This document shows, in pieces, positions 1-10,274 of a stretch of DNA of 64,000 bases; positions within the stretch are counted from its first letter, which is position 1; each line of letters begins with the position of its first letter. A program made the translations under genes and the position numbers. This DNA comes from a virus (Duplodnaviria; Caudoviricetes). The stretch covers positions 31,217 to 95,216 of the IMG/VR virus record IMGVR_UViG_3300021958_000035. One strand, 5' to 3'. The notes under the pieces are model-generated. The model made no database searches. It saw only the letters and a program-made list of their open reading frames with translations, and was not told the DNA's origin.

Positions 1-2
1 CT

Positions 3-425
3 ACTTTATCTGCTATTATGCCTTGTGAGTCTAGCTCCGTTATTCAGAACTCTACCAATGGAATTGAACCCGTCAGATCGTTGCTGATTCACAAAAAGGC
101 AAAGAATGGCGTGCTAAAACAATTAGTGCCAAACTATCACATGAGAAAGAACTTCTACACACTCGCGTGGGACATGCCAAACAATAAAGCTATGCTCAAC
201 TTGGCTGCTGTGATCCAGAAGTTTGTGGATATGAGTATAAGTACAAACCTGTATTATAACTACTCTCACTATGAGGATGGAAATATCCCATTGAGTGTTC
301 TTATTAAAGATCAAATCTATGGCTATAAGTATGGACTGAAGAATTTTTATTATGCCAACACACCTGATGGTGATGGCGAAACTGAAAGAGAAATGAATTG
401 CGAATCTGGAGCTTGCTCGATTTGA
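3..425 (+). CDS. nrdA: Ribonucleotide reductase class Ia alpha subunit, C-terminal part (5' truncated by window edge)
   Basis: Frame is open from the window start (TLSAIMPCESSS..NSTNGIEP); has QKFVDMSISTN, GLKNFYY and the C-terminal CxxGxC redox pair; directly upstream of nrdB. Confidence 0.95.
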   Translation, partial: TLSAIMPCESSSVIQNSTNGIEPVRSLLIHKKAKNGVLKQLVPNYHMRKNFYTLAWDMPNNKAMLNLAAVIQKFVDMSISTNLYYNYSHYEDGNIPLSVLIKDQIYGYKYGLKNFYYANTPDGDGETEREMNCESGACSI

Positions 426-480
426 ATACTATTTTGTAGCCTCTTTGAGCATTAGATAATTTAAGCAGGGGAGATAAACA

Positions 481-1557
481 ATGAAGACGATTTTTAATAC
501 CAAGAATGTCGATCCAATGTCACAACCGCTTTTTCTCGGTAAAGACCTTGGTCTTCAGCGATATGACGTAGTTAAGTATCCTATCTTTAAAGAACTTGAC
601 AGCAAGCAGATGATGAACTTCTGGCGACCAGAAGAAATCGAACTCAAGAAAGATCGCGGCGACTTCAAAGAGATGTCGGACAATGAGAAGTTTATCTTTA
701 CGTCTAATCTTAAATACCAGACTATGCTCGATAGTGTAATCTGCCGTGGCGTTCCTACCCTACTGGAGTTCGTCACCAATACAGAACTAGAAGCCTGCCT
801 GATGACTTGGCAGTTCTTTGAGAAGATTCACTCACAAAGTTATAGCTATATCATTCAGAATGTCTTTGCTGACAGTTCCGAAATTTTTAGCGGAATTTAT
901 GAAGATAAAGAGATTATGAAGCGGGCAAATAGTGCTATCGAAGACTATAATAACTTGATGGGTATGAGTTGTGACTCTACCAAACCATCTAATCTGAAGA
1001 AGCAAATCTATATGACCATTGTTAGTATCAACATCCTTGAAGCCATCCGTTTCTATGTGAGTTTTGTTTGTAGCTTTGCGTTTGCAGAGAACAAGAAGAT
1101 GGTCGGCAATGCAGATATTATCAAGCTCATCAAACGTGATGAGTCATTACATCTAGCTAATACTCAACAAATTCTAAAGATTCTACACACAGAAGAGTCA
1201 GAAGGGTTTGTTAGTACAGCCGCTAAATGTCAAGACGACGCCATTGAAATGTTTGATAGAGCAGCGGCAGAAGAAAAAGAATGGGCATCGTACCTGTTCC
1301 AAAACGGATCAATCATTGGACTCAATGAGACTGTACTACATCAGTATATTGATTGGCTCTGTATGTCTCGAAGAAAAGCCATTGGGATTCCATACGAAAA
1401 CGTTGGAAAGAACCCAATCGCAGGTTGGACGCAGGCTTGGATGCATAGCGAAAGCGTTCAAGTTGCTCCACAGGAACATGAAATTACTAGCTACAAAATC
1501 GGTGCTAGTAAGAATGATTTAGACGATATGGATTTAGGAGGATTTACTTATGAATAA
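481..1557 (+). CDS. nrdB: Ribonucleotide reductase class Ia beta subunit
   Basis: FWRPEE, EKIHSQSY, LEAIRFYVSF, DESLH and QVAPQEHEITSY motifs. Confidence 0.97.
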   Translation: MKTIFNTKNVDPMSQPLFLGKDLGLQRYDVVKYPIFKELDSKQMMNFWRPEEIELKKDRGDFKEMSDNEKFIFTSNLKYQTMLDSVICRGVPTLLEFVTNTELEACLMTWQFFEKIHSQSYSYIIQNVFADSSEIFSGIYEDKEIMKRANSAIEDYNNLMGMSCDSTKPSNLKKQIYMTIVSINILEAIRFYVSFVCSFAFAENKKMVGNADIIKLIKRDESLHLANTQQILKILHTEESEGFVSTAAKCQDDAIEMFDRAAAEEKEWASYLFQNGSIIGLNETVLHQYIDWLCMSRRKAIGIPYENVGKNPIAGWTQAWMHSESVQVAPQEHEITSYKIGASKNDLDDMDLGGFTYE

Positions 1558-1882
1558 TGTATGTAAAGATTATTGTAATACTGGAACTGAATCTTATATT
1601 ACAAAGATTACACAGTGGCATCACGACCGTAATCTTATTGAAGGGTCTACAGACAAAGATCAATTTTGTAAGCTAATGCAGGAGGCCGGTGAGCTTTCGG
1701 ATAGTATTTGCAAAGGTAAAGATGTCTCTGACGATATTGGCGACATGATTGTTGTACTAATCAATATTGCAGAGAGGAACAAATTAAACATCTCTAAATG
1801 TCTTGCGAAGGCATGGGATGACATTGAAGATAGGAAAGGTAAGATGGTTGACGGTGTGTTCGTTAAGGAGGCCGATCTATAA
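1550..1882 (+). CDS. mazG: MazG-like nucleotide pyrophosphohydrolase
   Basis: KLMQEAGEL...DDIGDMIVVL; C-terminal RKGKMVDGVFVKE typical of phage MazG-like proteins. Confidence 0.85.
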   Translation: MNNVCKDYCNTGTESYITKITQWHHDRNLIEGSTDKDQFCKLMQEAGELSDSICKGKDVSDDIGDMIVVLINIAERNKLNISKCLAKAWDDIEDRKGKMVDGVFVKEADL

Positions 1883-1905
1883 ACTTTTCCAGATAAGGGT
1901 TTTAA

Positions 1906-2577
1906 ATGAGAACTAAACGACAAAGACGAGACGACAACAAGAAATCTAATCACAAAATTAAGCCTTTAGAAGCAAAAACAGATAATCAAAGAGATTATAT
2001 TAGGGCGATTGTAGAGAATGACATTATTTTTTGCTCTGGCCCTGCTGGTTCTGGCAAATCGTTCATAGCCGCAGGAATTGCAGCAGAGCACTTATATAAC
2101 GGAAAAAATGAGCAAATCATTGTAACTAGACCATTAGTTTGTACTGGTAAAGACATTGGGGCTTTGCCGGGAGAAATGGGTGAGAAAATCGCACCTTATC
2201 TTTTACCAATGGAAGAAAACCTAAAACACTTTCTTGGTCAAGCACACTACGGTCTTTATTCCAATGAGGGTAAGATCCAGTACAAACCTTTAGAAGTCAT
2301 GAGAGGGTCTACATTTCATAACTCTTACATGATTTTGGATGAGGCACAAAACTGTACTGAAGATCAGATTAAAATGTTTGTCTCTCGTATGGGCGAAAAC
2401 AGTAAAGTCATTATCAATGGAGATATTGAACAAGATGATCTGCGTGGTCGGAGTGGTCTTGAGTTTTGCATGAATAGACTAGACCGTATTGACGGTATTG
2501 GAATCTGCGAATTAGACTATGAGGACATTCAGAGGAATGGGATTATAGGAAGATTTTTAAGAGCATTGGAGAACTAA
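1906..2577 (+). CDS. phoH: PhoH-family ATPase
   Basis: GPAGSGKS Walker A, GALPG, MRGSTF, ILDEAQN, GDIEQDD. Confidence 0.95.
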   Translation: MRTKRQRRDDNKKSNHKIKPLEAKTDNQRDYIRAIVENDIIFCSGPAGSGKSFIAAGIAAEHLYNGKNEQIIVTRPLVCTGKDIGALPGEMGEKIAPYLLPMEENLKHFLGQAHYGLYSNEGKIQYKPLEVMRGSTFHNSYMILDEAQNCTEDQIKMFVSRMGENSKVIINGDIEQDDLRGRSGLEFCMNRLDRIDGIGICELDYEDIQRNGIIGRFLRALEN

Positions 2578-2931
2578 ATGCCAACATATGTTTATGAGTG
2601 TAGTGCATGTGAACACTCTTTTGAAAAGTTGCAAAAGATGACTGACGACCCACTCAAGAAATGCCCTGAGTGTGGTAAGAAGAAACTGTTTAAAGTTTTG
2701 ACTGGGGGTTTTTATGGATTTGTTTCTGGAAGCGAAACTATTGGAGGTCTTGCGGATAAAAACGCTAGAGAAAACAAAAACAAAATCGCAGAAGCAGAAG
2801 CAAAAAAACGTGAGTCAACACCAGAAGTACCAAAGGCTTGGTACGACAAGTATGGAAATGCTACACCAAAAGAAATTAATAAAATGACACAGCAACAAAA
2901 AACTAAATATATCATGGGAGGCCGTAAATGA
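2578..2931 (+). CDS. FmdB-family zinc-ribbon protein
   Basis: [32 protein letters not shown]. Confidence 0.85.
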   Translation: MPTYVYECSACEHSFEKLQKMTDDPLKKCPECGKKKLFKVLTGGFYGFVSGSETIGGLADKNARENKNKIAEAEAKKRESTPEVPKAWYDKYGNATPKEINKMTQQQKTKYIMGGRK

Positions 2932-3260
2932 GGTTTGTTGACGAAAAATTTTTACCACAAGAAGAAAAGACTGTACTTCTGTTTGGAAAAACTGGAGAAG
3001 TATTAAACAAAGATGAACAGCATAAATTGCCGCACTATGCTAAAATTGTGCAGAATTTAGAAGATAAAGAAACTTATTATATTAGAATCTATCAAAGTAC
3101 ACCATTCGACCCAACGGGTCCATACGGTAGAAGAGAGAGAAATCTAGATACGCAAATTAAAAGCGTTTCAAGAAGCACTTTTGATTTTTATGTTACATAT
3201 TTAAAAACTAATAATTCAATTTACTTAACCAAGGCTCAACGAGGATTTTTAAATGACTAA
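2928..3260 (+). CDS. Hypothetical protein
   Basis: ATGA-type overlap with the upstream gene, GGAGG RBS; no recognisable motif. Confidence 0.7.
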   Translation: MRFVDEKFLPQEEKTVLLFGKTGEVLNKDEQHKLPHYAKIVQNLEDKETYYIRIYQSTPFDPTGPYGRRERNLDTQIKSVSRSTFDFYVTYLKTNNSIYLTKAQRGFLND

Positions 3261-3558
3261 AAAGGGACCGCTCAGCAAGGCAGAGAAGTTTTACATTGAA
3301 GGCCATCTGGAAAAACCGATGGAAGATTTGTGCAAAGATTTAGATAGAGCTAAGTCTAGCATTGAGAAATACATTAAGACCATTCCAGTTGATGACAAGC
3401 AAAAGGCAGAAACCTTGCTGCTACAGCAGTTTGCCAGAAATGGAAAAGGGTCTACGGTTATGACTCAAAATGCAGCAGAATTGTCAGATGAAAAACGTTC
3501 TAAGTTTACAAATAATGGAACGATAAGAAGCTCCAAGTGTACCACGAATACTAGGTGA
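3253..3558 (+). CDS. Hypothetical protein (possible N-terminal HTH)
   Basis: Overlapping operon gene; N-terminus resembles a helix-turn-helix (LSKAEKFYI...DLCKDLDRAKSSIEKY). Confidence 0.6.
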   Translation: MTKKGPLSKAEKFYIEGHLEKPMEDLCKDLDRAKSSIEKYIKTIPVDDKQKAETLLLQQFARNGKGSTVMTQNAAELSDEKRSKFTNNGTIRSSKCTTNTR

Positions 3559-3561
3559 CAA

Positions 3562-3996
3562 ATGGATGATAAAAAGTGGGGCGAATTTTATTCGTCAGAC
3601 AGAAAAAATATAAGCAAAGTCTTCGTAAAGGTTATGACGACCGATAAAAATCATTGGTTCTTTTCCGATTATGATATATGGTACGAAGTAAAAGATTATT
3701 GTGAGAAAAATTCTGTGTTTATTCAGGATTTGCACTTGCAATTTCGGTCTAACAAATGTATAATAGATATAGGAGAGTGTAAAGCACTATATTTAGTGAG
3801 GTCCGCTCTCGGTGCTATAGGTCAACCGACAAAAAATTACTTCACCGTGGGAACATTAAACGATGGAGTGGTTCACAAGCAAATGTGGTTGACTCCAGAA
3901 TTAATTTTAGACAAGCAGTACGACGATGATTTGTCTGAATGTTTTAGCGAGGCTATAATCTACAATGAACAAAAGAAAAAGAAGCGAAAAGAGTAA
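3562..3996 (+). CDS. Hypothetical protein
   Basis: Tightly packed ORF with AGGTG RBS. Confidence 0.7.
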   Translation: MDDKKWGEFYSSDRKNISKVFVKVMTTDKNHWFFSDYDIWYEVKDYCEKNSVFIQDLHLQFRSNKCIIDIGECKALYLVRSALGAIGQPTKNYFTVGTLNDGVVHKQMWLTPELILDKQYDDDLSECFSEAIIYNEQKKKKRKE

Positions 3997-4408
3997 ATAC
4001 AAACACTTAACAACAGGAGACTATTGCACTTGTGCCCAATATGTTGCTGCAATTATGTGTCAACGTAATGCAGAAAACAAGAATGAGGGGTCTTTACCCT
4101 ACAAATTCTGGAACAAAAAACCTTGGGACTGGACTTACAAGAAACAGCTTTTTAAGGCCAATAGCATACTAAAGGACTACAGTGAAGAAGCACTTGTCAA
4201 AGTAATTGAATCACCAGAGTTCAAAGGTATCTTTTCACTAAACCATCCGAAAGCAATTGCAATTATTAAGAAGTATGAGCTACAGATTGAAGATCAGAAG
4301 TCAAAACCGAAGCAAGAAATTGAAGTTAAGAAAGACGCCAAGACTAGGAAAAAGAGTTATGGCGGGAAGAACCTTTTAAATAAACTTAGGAAATTAGAGA
4401 ATGGCTAA
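3965..4408 (+). CDS. Hypothetical basic protein
   Basis: Lys-rich ORF overlapping both neighbours, upstream of recA. Confidence 0.7.
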   Translation: MNKRKRSEKSKYKHLTTGDYCTCAQYVAAIMCQRNAENKNEGSLPYKFWNKKPWDWTYKKQLFKANSILKDYSEEALVKVIESPEFKGIFSLNHPKAIAIIKKYELQIEDQKSKPKQEIEVKKDAKTRKKSYGGKNLLNKLRKLENG

Positions 4409-5510
4409 GAAAAAGAGTAAACCTATTGAGTACGACGATCCTACTGTCGCAACATTATGTAAGAAGTATGGTAATGTTATTCAGTCTGGCACCAAGGTGT
4501 TAGAGTCTCTGGAGACGTATGATACCATCAGTCTTAGCCCAGTACTTGATATGGCACTCGGTGGTGGGTTGCGTGAGGGTCAGGTTGTTGTAATGACTGG
4601 CGACCCAAAGACTGGAAAGACAACGACCGCTCTGTATGCTGCTGCCAAGGCACAAGCTAAAGGTAAGAAAGTATACTACCTAAATACCGAAGGTCGTCTG
4701 ACCAAACAAAACTTTCGTGGCGTCAAAGGTTTAGATATTGATGCTATTCAAATCGTCCAAGCTACAGACGATACACCTGTCGTATCTGCTGAGACATATC
4801 TTAATATTATGGAGCGACTGATTAAAGAAGAAGAGAACCTTTTCTTGATCTGTGATTCTACATCTAACATGGTTCCGCAAGACGAGATTGATGGAGAGAT
4901 CCGTACAGGTGTTCGTAATGCTCTACCACGCTTGTTGTCTATGTTTTTCAAGCGTATCAGCGGCGACGTATCACGCATGAAAACTATTGCCGTGTTCATT
5001 ACTCACAATATCGCCAACACTGGTGGTTCACGATTTTCACCTAATAAGATGGCAGACTGCGGTAACATGATACAGTTCCAAGCTGGAACTAACATGGTCA
5101 TCACGCACCGTGGCAAATGGGAAGTACCCAAAGAGTCAGGAAATCACGTTGGTCAAGTTGCTAACTGGATAATCAAAACTTCTGCCGCTGGTGGCACGCC
5201 CATGAGTACGGCAGCAAGCTGGATTCGTTACGGCATCGGTATTGATGAGTCGCAAGAGATTGCAACTATTGCTACAGACTTCGCACTGATTCAAGCAAAA
5301 GGTGCTTGGTATACAATTTCTTGTTTAGTCGATAAGGCTACACACCCCATCGTACACCAATACCTTTCAAGCAACGAAGTTGATCCATCAAATGAAGAAG
5401 CTGTAGTCAAGGCGTTTAAGTTTCAGGGTATGGAGAAACTGGTAAACTTCTTAAATGAAAACGAAGAACTCAGAGATATTGTAATTGAAGAAGTTAGAGA
5501 ATTATTCTGA
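4401..5510 (+). CDS. recA: RecA/UvsX-like recombinase
   Basis: LDMALGGGL, GDPKTGKTT Walker A, YLNTEG, ICDS Walker B, YGIGID, GAWY. Confidence 0.9.
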   Translation: MAKKKSKPIEYDDPTVATLCKKYGNVIQSGTKVLESLETYDTISLSPVLDMALGGGLREGQVVVMTGDPKTGKTTTALYAAAKAQAKGKKVYYLNTEGRLTKQNFRGVKGLDIDAIQIVQATDDTPVVSAETYLNIMERLIKEEENLFLICDSTSNMVPQDEIDGEIRTGVRNALPRLLSMFFKRISGDVSRMKTIAVFITHNIANTGGSRFSPNKMADCGNMIQFQAGTNMVITHRGKWEVPKESGNHVGQVANWIIKTSAAGGTPMSTAASWIRYGIGIDESQEIATIATDFALIQAKGAWYTISCLVDKATHPIVHQYLSSNEVDPSNEEAVVKAFKFQGMEKLVNFLNENEELRDIVIEEVRELF

Positions 5511-5540
5511 TCGCGGTGAGATTTCCTTTTGGAGATTTTA

Positions 5541-5954
5541 GTGAAAGTCACAGGCTTAAATGGTAGAGAGTATAATCTCGACACCAAGAAATATTTGATT
5601 AACAATCGAAGTAAGCGTAGCTTCTATCACTTACAAGCTAGGAAACTTATAGTCGAGCTATTTCATCCCTATCAGGTACTTGAAGAAGTTACGCTTCCCG
5701 GTTCTTCTATAAAAAAATCCAAACTAGCCCTTGACTTTTTGATTCCATCGTGTGCAATAGGTATTGAAGTGCATGGCGAACAGCACTTTAAATATGTGCC
5801 GTACTTTCATAAATCTAAGATCGGGTTTGCACAAGCAAAGAAGCGAGACTTGGATAAGAAAGAGTGGTGCAGAATTAACGAAATCACAATTATAGAGCTA
5901 CGTTGGGACGAAGGTCTAGAATACTGGAGGGAGAAAATTGAACGCAGCAGATAG
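5541..5954 (+). CDS. PD-(D/E)XK (Vsr/DUF559-like) endonuclease
   Basis: LDFLIP..IEVHGEQHF...RD..KKEWC..N.I; GTG start at 5541 behind a GGAG RBS. Confidence 0.7.
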   Translation: MKVTGLNGREYNLDTKKYLINNRSKRSFYHLQARKLIVELFHPYQVLEEVTLPGSSIKKSKLALDFLIPSCAIGIEVHGEQHFKYVPYFHKSKIGFAQAKKRDLDKKEWCRINEITIIELRWDEGLEYWREKIERSR

Positions 5955-6399
5955 ATTAAAAGTATTTGTTGAAGGTATTGAAAGGTACGTTACGGCGGAG
6001 AATATTTCTCCAACCAAGTTTAATCCAGAGTTTGCTGTTGCAGAAACTCTAACAGTAGAGAAGATGGAAAAGTTGACTCAGGACGACTGCTTCAACCACG
6101 CTTATCAGTTATACCAATATGCAGACCATATAGCTTGGTGTCGATCAAAGTGTGAGAATGTTGTTGGATGGTGTAGAGAAAATCTTGGTAGCATTATAGC
6201 TAGTGAGGTGACACAAATCGAAGTACAGTTTATGAAATATGAAACTAAAGTTGATCTCATCAAAAGAGAAAACGACATAGCAAGAAGCATTAACGAGTGG
6301 TTGCTGACAGCACAAAGCCGACTAGAACTTTTAAAAAGTAGAGAATACAACGTTCGCCGCAAGGCTGATATCTTAATTGAAAAAGGGAAAAGAAGATGA
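5938..6399 (+). CDS. Hypothetical coiled-coil protein (possible UvsY-like recombination mediator)
   Basis: Helical 153-aa protein between recA and dnaB; function inferred from context only. Confidence 0.45.
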   Translation: MNAADRLKVFVEGIERYVTAENISPTKFNPEFAVAETLTVEKMEKLTQDDCFNHAYQLYQYADHIAWCRSKCENVVGWCRENLGSIIASEVTQIEVQFMKYETKVDLIKRENDIARSINEWLLTAQSRLELLKSREYNVRRKADILIEKGKRR

Positions 6400-6815
6400 G
6401 TGACGACATTGTAAAAACATTGTTAGAATCATTGACAGATGAGCAAAAGGCTCAGCTTGTGCAAGACTTGTTAAAGTCAAATCAAAATGGAGAAGCTCCA
6501 GTATTAAAAGAGGAAACGGTTTCCTCAAAACCTCAGCCAAATGTGACAAAGGACTTTAGAGTAGTTCAGAACGATAAATTAGATAAAAGGAAAACTCCGG
6601 TGACAGCTAGAAGAAATCAGTGGGTAGATAAAGGCGAGGATCGTGATCCAAACTTTGACCCCGCTAAGTTTGAGAGTATGGGTAAAGCAGCACGAGACCG
6701 CAGACAAGCAAGAAAGAAGACTATTGAGTGCCACGTTTGTGGTCGTAGTTTTACTGTAAATCCCGCCTACGTATACGGCGAAAACATTAGATGTAACCAA
6801 TGCGTAGGGAGGTAA
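6396..6815 (+). CDS. Hypothetical protein with C-terminal zinc ribbon
   Basis: CHVCG...CNQC. Confidence 0.7.
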   Translation: MSDDIVKTLLESLTDEQKAQLVQDLLKSNQNGEAPVLKEETVSSKPQPNVTKDFRVVQNDKLDKRKTPVTARRNQWVDKGEDRDPNFDPAKFESMGKAARDRRQARKKTIECHVCGRSFTVNPAYVYGENIRCNQCVGR

Positions 6816-6816
6816 A

Positions 6817-8271
6817 ATGGATCAGCTTGCTGATACCGGTGCAGAGAGAGCAGTTCTAGCTGGACTCTTTGCATACGGGCTTGAATCTTATGTTGAAATC
6901 AGTGACTTTCTTACGCATAACAGCTTCGCTAACCGTAACAATCAAGTCATTTACAAGTGTATCGAAAAGGTGTTGGAGAATGATGCTGTAGCTGACATTC
7001 CAGCAATTCTTTCTGCTGCTGAACAACTTAACCTCACAGAAGTAGTCAAGACTGAACATGAGTTAGACTACATTCGTGACCTTATGGACTATCCTGTTAA
7101 AAGGGGTAATACCCTGCATTTTGCTGCACAGGTTAAAAAGTTTGAGTTTGCACGCAACGCAAAACGTATCGCTAAAAAGATAGATAAAGATATTGACTCC
7201 ATTGTTGGCGATGAGAGCATTGATGATATTATCAATCTCGTAGAAACACCACTTATGGATTTCTTGCGTGACGATGAGTCAGGCCAAAACCCAGAGATGC
7301 TTGGCGATAATCTTGACGAATACATCGAATTTCTAATCGAAAACAAATGTGACCAAATAGGACTGACTAGTGGATTTCCCAGATTTGATTCCGTCATTGG
7401 TGGTGGCTTACGTCGCAAGTGTGTGGATCTCGTATCCGCAAGGCCCGGAGTAGGTAAGTCTGTGTTTGCAGATAATGTTGCTCTGCATAATGCTAGGAAT
7501 GGAATTCCCGTACTTATGCTCGATACTGAGATGAGCAAAGAGGACCACCTCAACAGAATCCTTGCTAATATCAGTGGTGTTCCTATTCAGGATATTACAA
7601 CCGGCAAGTTCTCAGAAGATGACGAGAAAGCTATTGCCGTTAAAAATGCGGCAGAAGAAATTAGAGATATCCCCTACACCTATGTTAGTGTAGCTGGTGC
7701 CCCCTTTGAAACCATTATGAATATCATCAAGCGATGGATTCTTCGTGAAGTGGGTCAGGACGAAAATGGCACAACCAACGACTGCCTTGTTGTGTACGAT
7801 TATCTCAAGCTCATGTCGTCATCCGGCATCAGTAACAATATCCAAGAGTATCAGGCTCTTGGTTTCCAAATCACAGAATTACATAACCTAACAGTTAAGT
7901 ATGACTTCCCATGTCTATCATTTGTTCAGTTGAACCGTGATGGTATCACAAAGGAATCTACGGATGCTGTTAGCGGTTCTGACCGCATCATTTGGTTGTG
8001 TACGTCTTTCTCTATATTTAAATTAAAGTCCGCAGAGGAACTGGCAGAGGGCGGTCCAAACGGTGGTAATCGAAAGATTGTCACTTTAAAAGCTCGTCAC
8101 GGTGCTGGATTACTTGACGGTAATTATATTAATATGAATATGGTTGGCGAACATGCACAGTTGACCGAGTTGCGAACTAGAGATGAAATAAGATCCTCAC
8201 CCGATGGTGATGTGATCGAAGGTTCTGATATACCATTCTGTATAGAGGGAGATGATGATGCCGGAATGTAA
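6817..8271 (+). CDS. dnaB: Replicative DNA helicase, DnaB family
   Basis: AERAVLA N-domain, ARPGVGKS Walker A, DTEMS, VYDYLKLM, QLNR, KARHG. Confidence 0.95.
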   Translation: MDQLADTGAERAVLAGLFAYGLESYVEISDFLTHNSFANRNNQVIYKCIEKVLENDAVADIPAILSAAEQLNLTEVVKTEHELDYIRDLMDYPVKRGNTLHFAAQVKKFEFARNAKRIAKKIDKDIDSIVGDESIDDIINLVETPLMDFLRDDESGQNPEMLGDNLDEYIEFLIENKCDQIGLTSGFPRFDSVIGGGLRRKCVDLVSARPGVGKSVFADNVALHNARNGIPVLMLDTEMSKEDHLNRILANISGVPIQDITTGKFSEDDEKAIAVKNAAEEIRDIPYTYVSVAGAPFETIMNIIKRWILREVGQDENGTTNDCLVVYDYLKLMSSSGISNNIQEYQALGFQITELHNLTVKYDFPCLSFVQLNRDGITKESTDAVSGSDRIIWLCTSFSIFKLKSAEELAEGGPNGGNRKIVTLKARHGAGLLDGNYINMNMVGEHAQLTELRTRDEIRSSPDGDVIEGSDIPFCIEGDDDAGM

Positions 8272-8674
8272 ACCACCAGCACAATGTTGTGTGACGAATA
8301 AACCTTGGGGTTCCTATACAGATTACTTTAGGGCTGACAATGTAGTATTTAAAACAATTGAAGTAAGTCCGAAGCAAAGACTATCTCTACAGACCCATGA
8401 AGAACGTGCCGAGATCTGGGTTGTTATGGAGGGCGAGTGTCTTTGTGAAATAAATGAAAACGTTCGCAGACTTGGAAGGGGAGAGACGTTGGACTCAAAT
8501 TGGATATTTATACAACAGGGAGATGTTCATAGACTTATTAACGACACAACGGAAAAGTGCGTGATCGCAGAGTTGCAATTTGGTAAGTGTTCTGAGCAAG
8601 ATATTGTCAGATTAGAAGATGACTATAACCGGACAAAACCATTATTCAGTTCTAGGCAAAGTGTTCGATGTTGA
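8252..8674 (+). CDS. Cupin, similar to the mannose-6-phosphate isomerase (type II) C-terminal domain
   Basis: KPWGSY, QRLSLQTHEERAEIWVV, HRLIN, ELQFG..SEQDIVRLEDDY. Confidence 0.85.
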   Translation: MMMPECKPPAQCCVTNKPWGSYTDYFRADNVVFKTIEVSPKQRLSLQTHEERAEIWVVMEGECLCEINENVRRLGRGETLDSNWIFIQQGDVHRLINDTTEKCVIAELQFGKCSEQDIVRLEDDYNRTKPLFSSRQSVRC

Positions 8675-8754
8675 AAATTGATCCAGAACCGAAACTAGAC
8701 TTTGATGATGTATTACTCGTACCACAAAGATCGAGATTACTACAAATATTATAA
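8668..8754 (+). pseudogene. guaC: N-terminal remnant of GMP reductase (GuaC/IMPDH family)
   Basis: Hand translation MLKIDPEPKLDFDDVLLVPQRSRLLQIL* matches the GuaC/IMPDH N-terminal motif (LxFxDVLxxPxRS) and then terminates. Confidence 0.7.
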
Positions 8755-8769
8755 CGATCAAAGTGTCTA

Positions 8770-9234
8770 ATGATTACATACGCAGCGATACCCAGTCCAC
8801 TGTTTGGTCACAAACAAATGGACGACGCAATTGAACTTGTAGATGAAGCGTTTGCCGCTGGGTACTTTAAGAACCATCTAGTAGAAATTAAATGTGCATG
8901 GATAGCACTTGATGGTGAGAAAGTAGTGGGATGGGCAGCGGTTGGAGACTGTATACTCCGATGCATTGTTGTGCATCCAGACTATCGAGGACAAGGCATT
9001 GGAAAGAGATTAACAGAAGAAAGATTAAAGCATTTAGGAGACTGCAAAGAAGTGATCTCTTATGCTTGGATTAGACCAGATGGTAGATGTATGTCGTGTA
9101 AAAACCTAGAAAATTTCGGCTTTGAACTTTCAAAAGAGCTTCCTGAATACTATAATAATACTAGAAGCGACTGTAAATACTGTGGGAGTAACTGTACATG
9201 TGTAGCAAGACTGTACGTCAAAACACAACGCTAG
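8770..9234 (+). CDS. GNAT-family N-acetyltransferase with Cys-rich C-terminus
   Basis: VVHPDYRGQGIGKRL acetyl-CoA motif A; NFGF; CKYCGSNCTC tail. Confidence 0.85.
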   Translation: MITYAAIPSPLFGHKQMDDAIELVDEAFAAGYFKNHLVEIKCAWIALDGEKVVGWAAVGDCILRCIVVHPDYRGQGIGKRLTEERLKHLGDCKEVISYAWIRPDGRCMSCKNLENFGFELSKELPEYYNNTRSDCKYCGSNCTCVARLYVKTQR

Positions 9235-10274
9235 ATCTGAACAAAGTGCGAGAGATCGTCTTCCAAGATATTTATAAATTGTTAGATAGTTTTAATCTAG
9301 AGTACACTCAGGACGCAGAAAACATTTTTATGAAGTGTCCTATTCATGAGGGCAGCGACAACCCATTCGGTGTGTCTATTGCACTTGATAAGCAGGTATG
9401 GCGTTGCTGGACTCGTGGGTGTCACGATCACTATAGTTGTAATATTTGGGGATTCATCAAAGGTTGTCTGCAAACAGACTCATTCTCTGATGCACTCAAG
9501 TATGTTTGTAAATTGTATGATGTAAATGGAGCATCCAAAAATGGAACCAGTAGTAGTAATAATGATGGTGATAAGCCTGATGCTGATTTTAGTCAGCTTA
9601 TACGTCAAATTAAAGGATATAGAAGAACAGAAAAAAGCTCATGTGAAATTGAGCATGTTGCAAGACCAAAAACTGAATCGTGTCCTTCGCCGTATTTCAT
9701 TGCTAGAGGATACGAACCGGAAACGTTGCGATTTTTTGGGGTTCGAGAAACAACAAGTGATACCAGAGGCATCCTTCGATATAGGGCAACTATCCCCATC
9801 TGGGGCGTTGACAGAAGCTACTGTGGTTGGATCGCGAGATCTACACGAGATTTCATACAACCCAAATACATTTTTTCTAAGGGAATCAGAAAAACAGATT
9901 ACCTCTACAACTACTACAACGCCACTGCGGGAGGTTCTAATTCCAGAGATTGGAAAAACGATACCCTCTTTCTGGTAGAGGGGCAGGGCGATGTTTGGAG
10001 ACTATGGGAGTGCGGAGTCAAAAATGCAGTTGGACTATTTGGTAAAGACGTATCATCACAACAACGCAAGTTATTGCTTAGTAGTGGTGCGACCAGACTT
10101 GTTGTCCTCACTGACAACGACCAAGCAGGGCGAGAGTCGAAGATTAAAATTAAGCGAGAACTAGGAAGATTATTTAAGTTGGTGTTTCCCAAGATGCACA
10201 CAAAAGATTTGGGAAGCATGACATGTGAACAAGTTGATAAGAATATTTTACAGGATTTAAAGGGGTACTATTAA
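9198..10274 (+). CDS. dnaG: DNA primase (CHC2 zinc finger + TOPRIM)
   Basis: CPIH...WRCWTRGC zinc finger; LVEGQGDV and TDNDQAG TOPRIM motifs; KD motif. Confidence 0.9.
   Translation: MCSKTVRQNTTLDLNKVREIVFQDIYKLLDSFNLEYTQDAENIFMKCPIHEGSDNPFGVSIALDKQVWRCWTRGCHDHYSCNIWGFIKGCLQTDSFSDALKYVCKLYDVNGASKNGTSSSNNDGDKPDADFSQLIRQIKGYRRTEKSSCEIEHVARPKTESCPSPYFIARGYEPETLRFFGVRETTSDTRGILRYRATIPIWGVDRSYCGWIARSTRDFIQPKYIFSKGIRKTDYLYNYYNATAGGSNSRDWKNDTLFLVEGQGDVWRLWECGVKNAVGLFGKDVSSQQRKLLLSSGATRLVVLTDNDQAGRESKIKIKRELGRLFKLVFPKMHTKDLGSMTCEQVDKNILQDLKGYY

Noticed and set aside
9526-9978. 150-aa alternate-frame ORF inside primase, and other nested or antisense ORFs (e.g. 12919-13437, 57516-58034)
   Set aside because: They lie wholly within well-supported genes and show no motifs; treated as shadow ORFs
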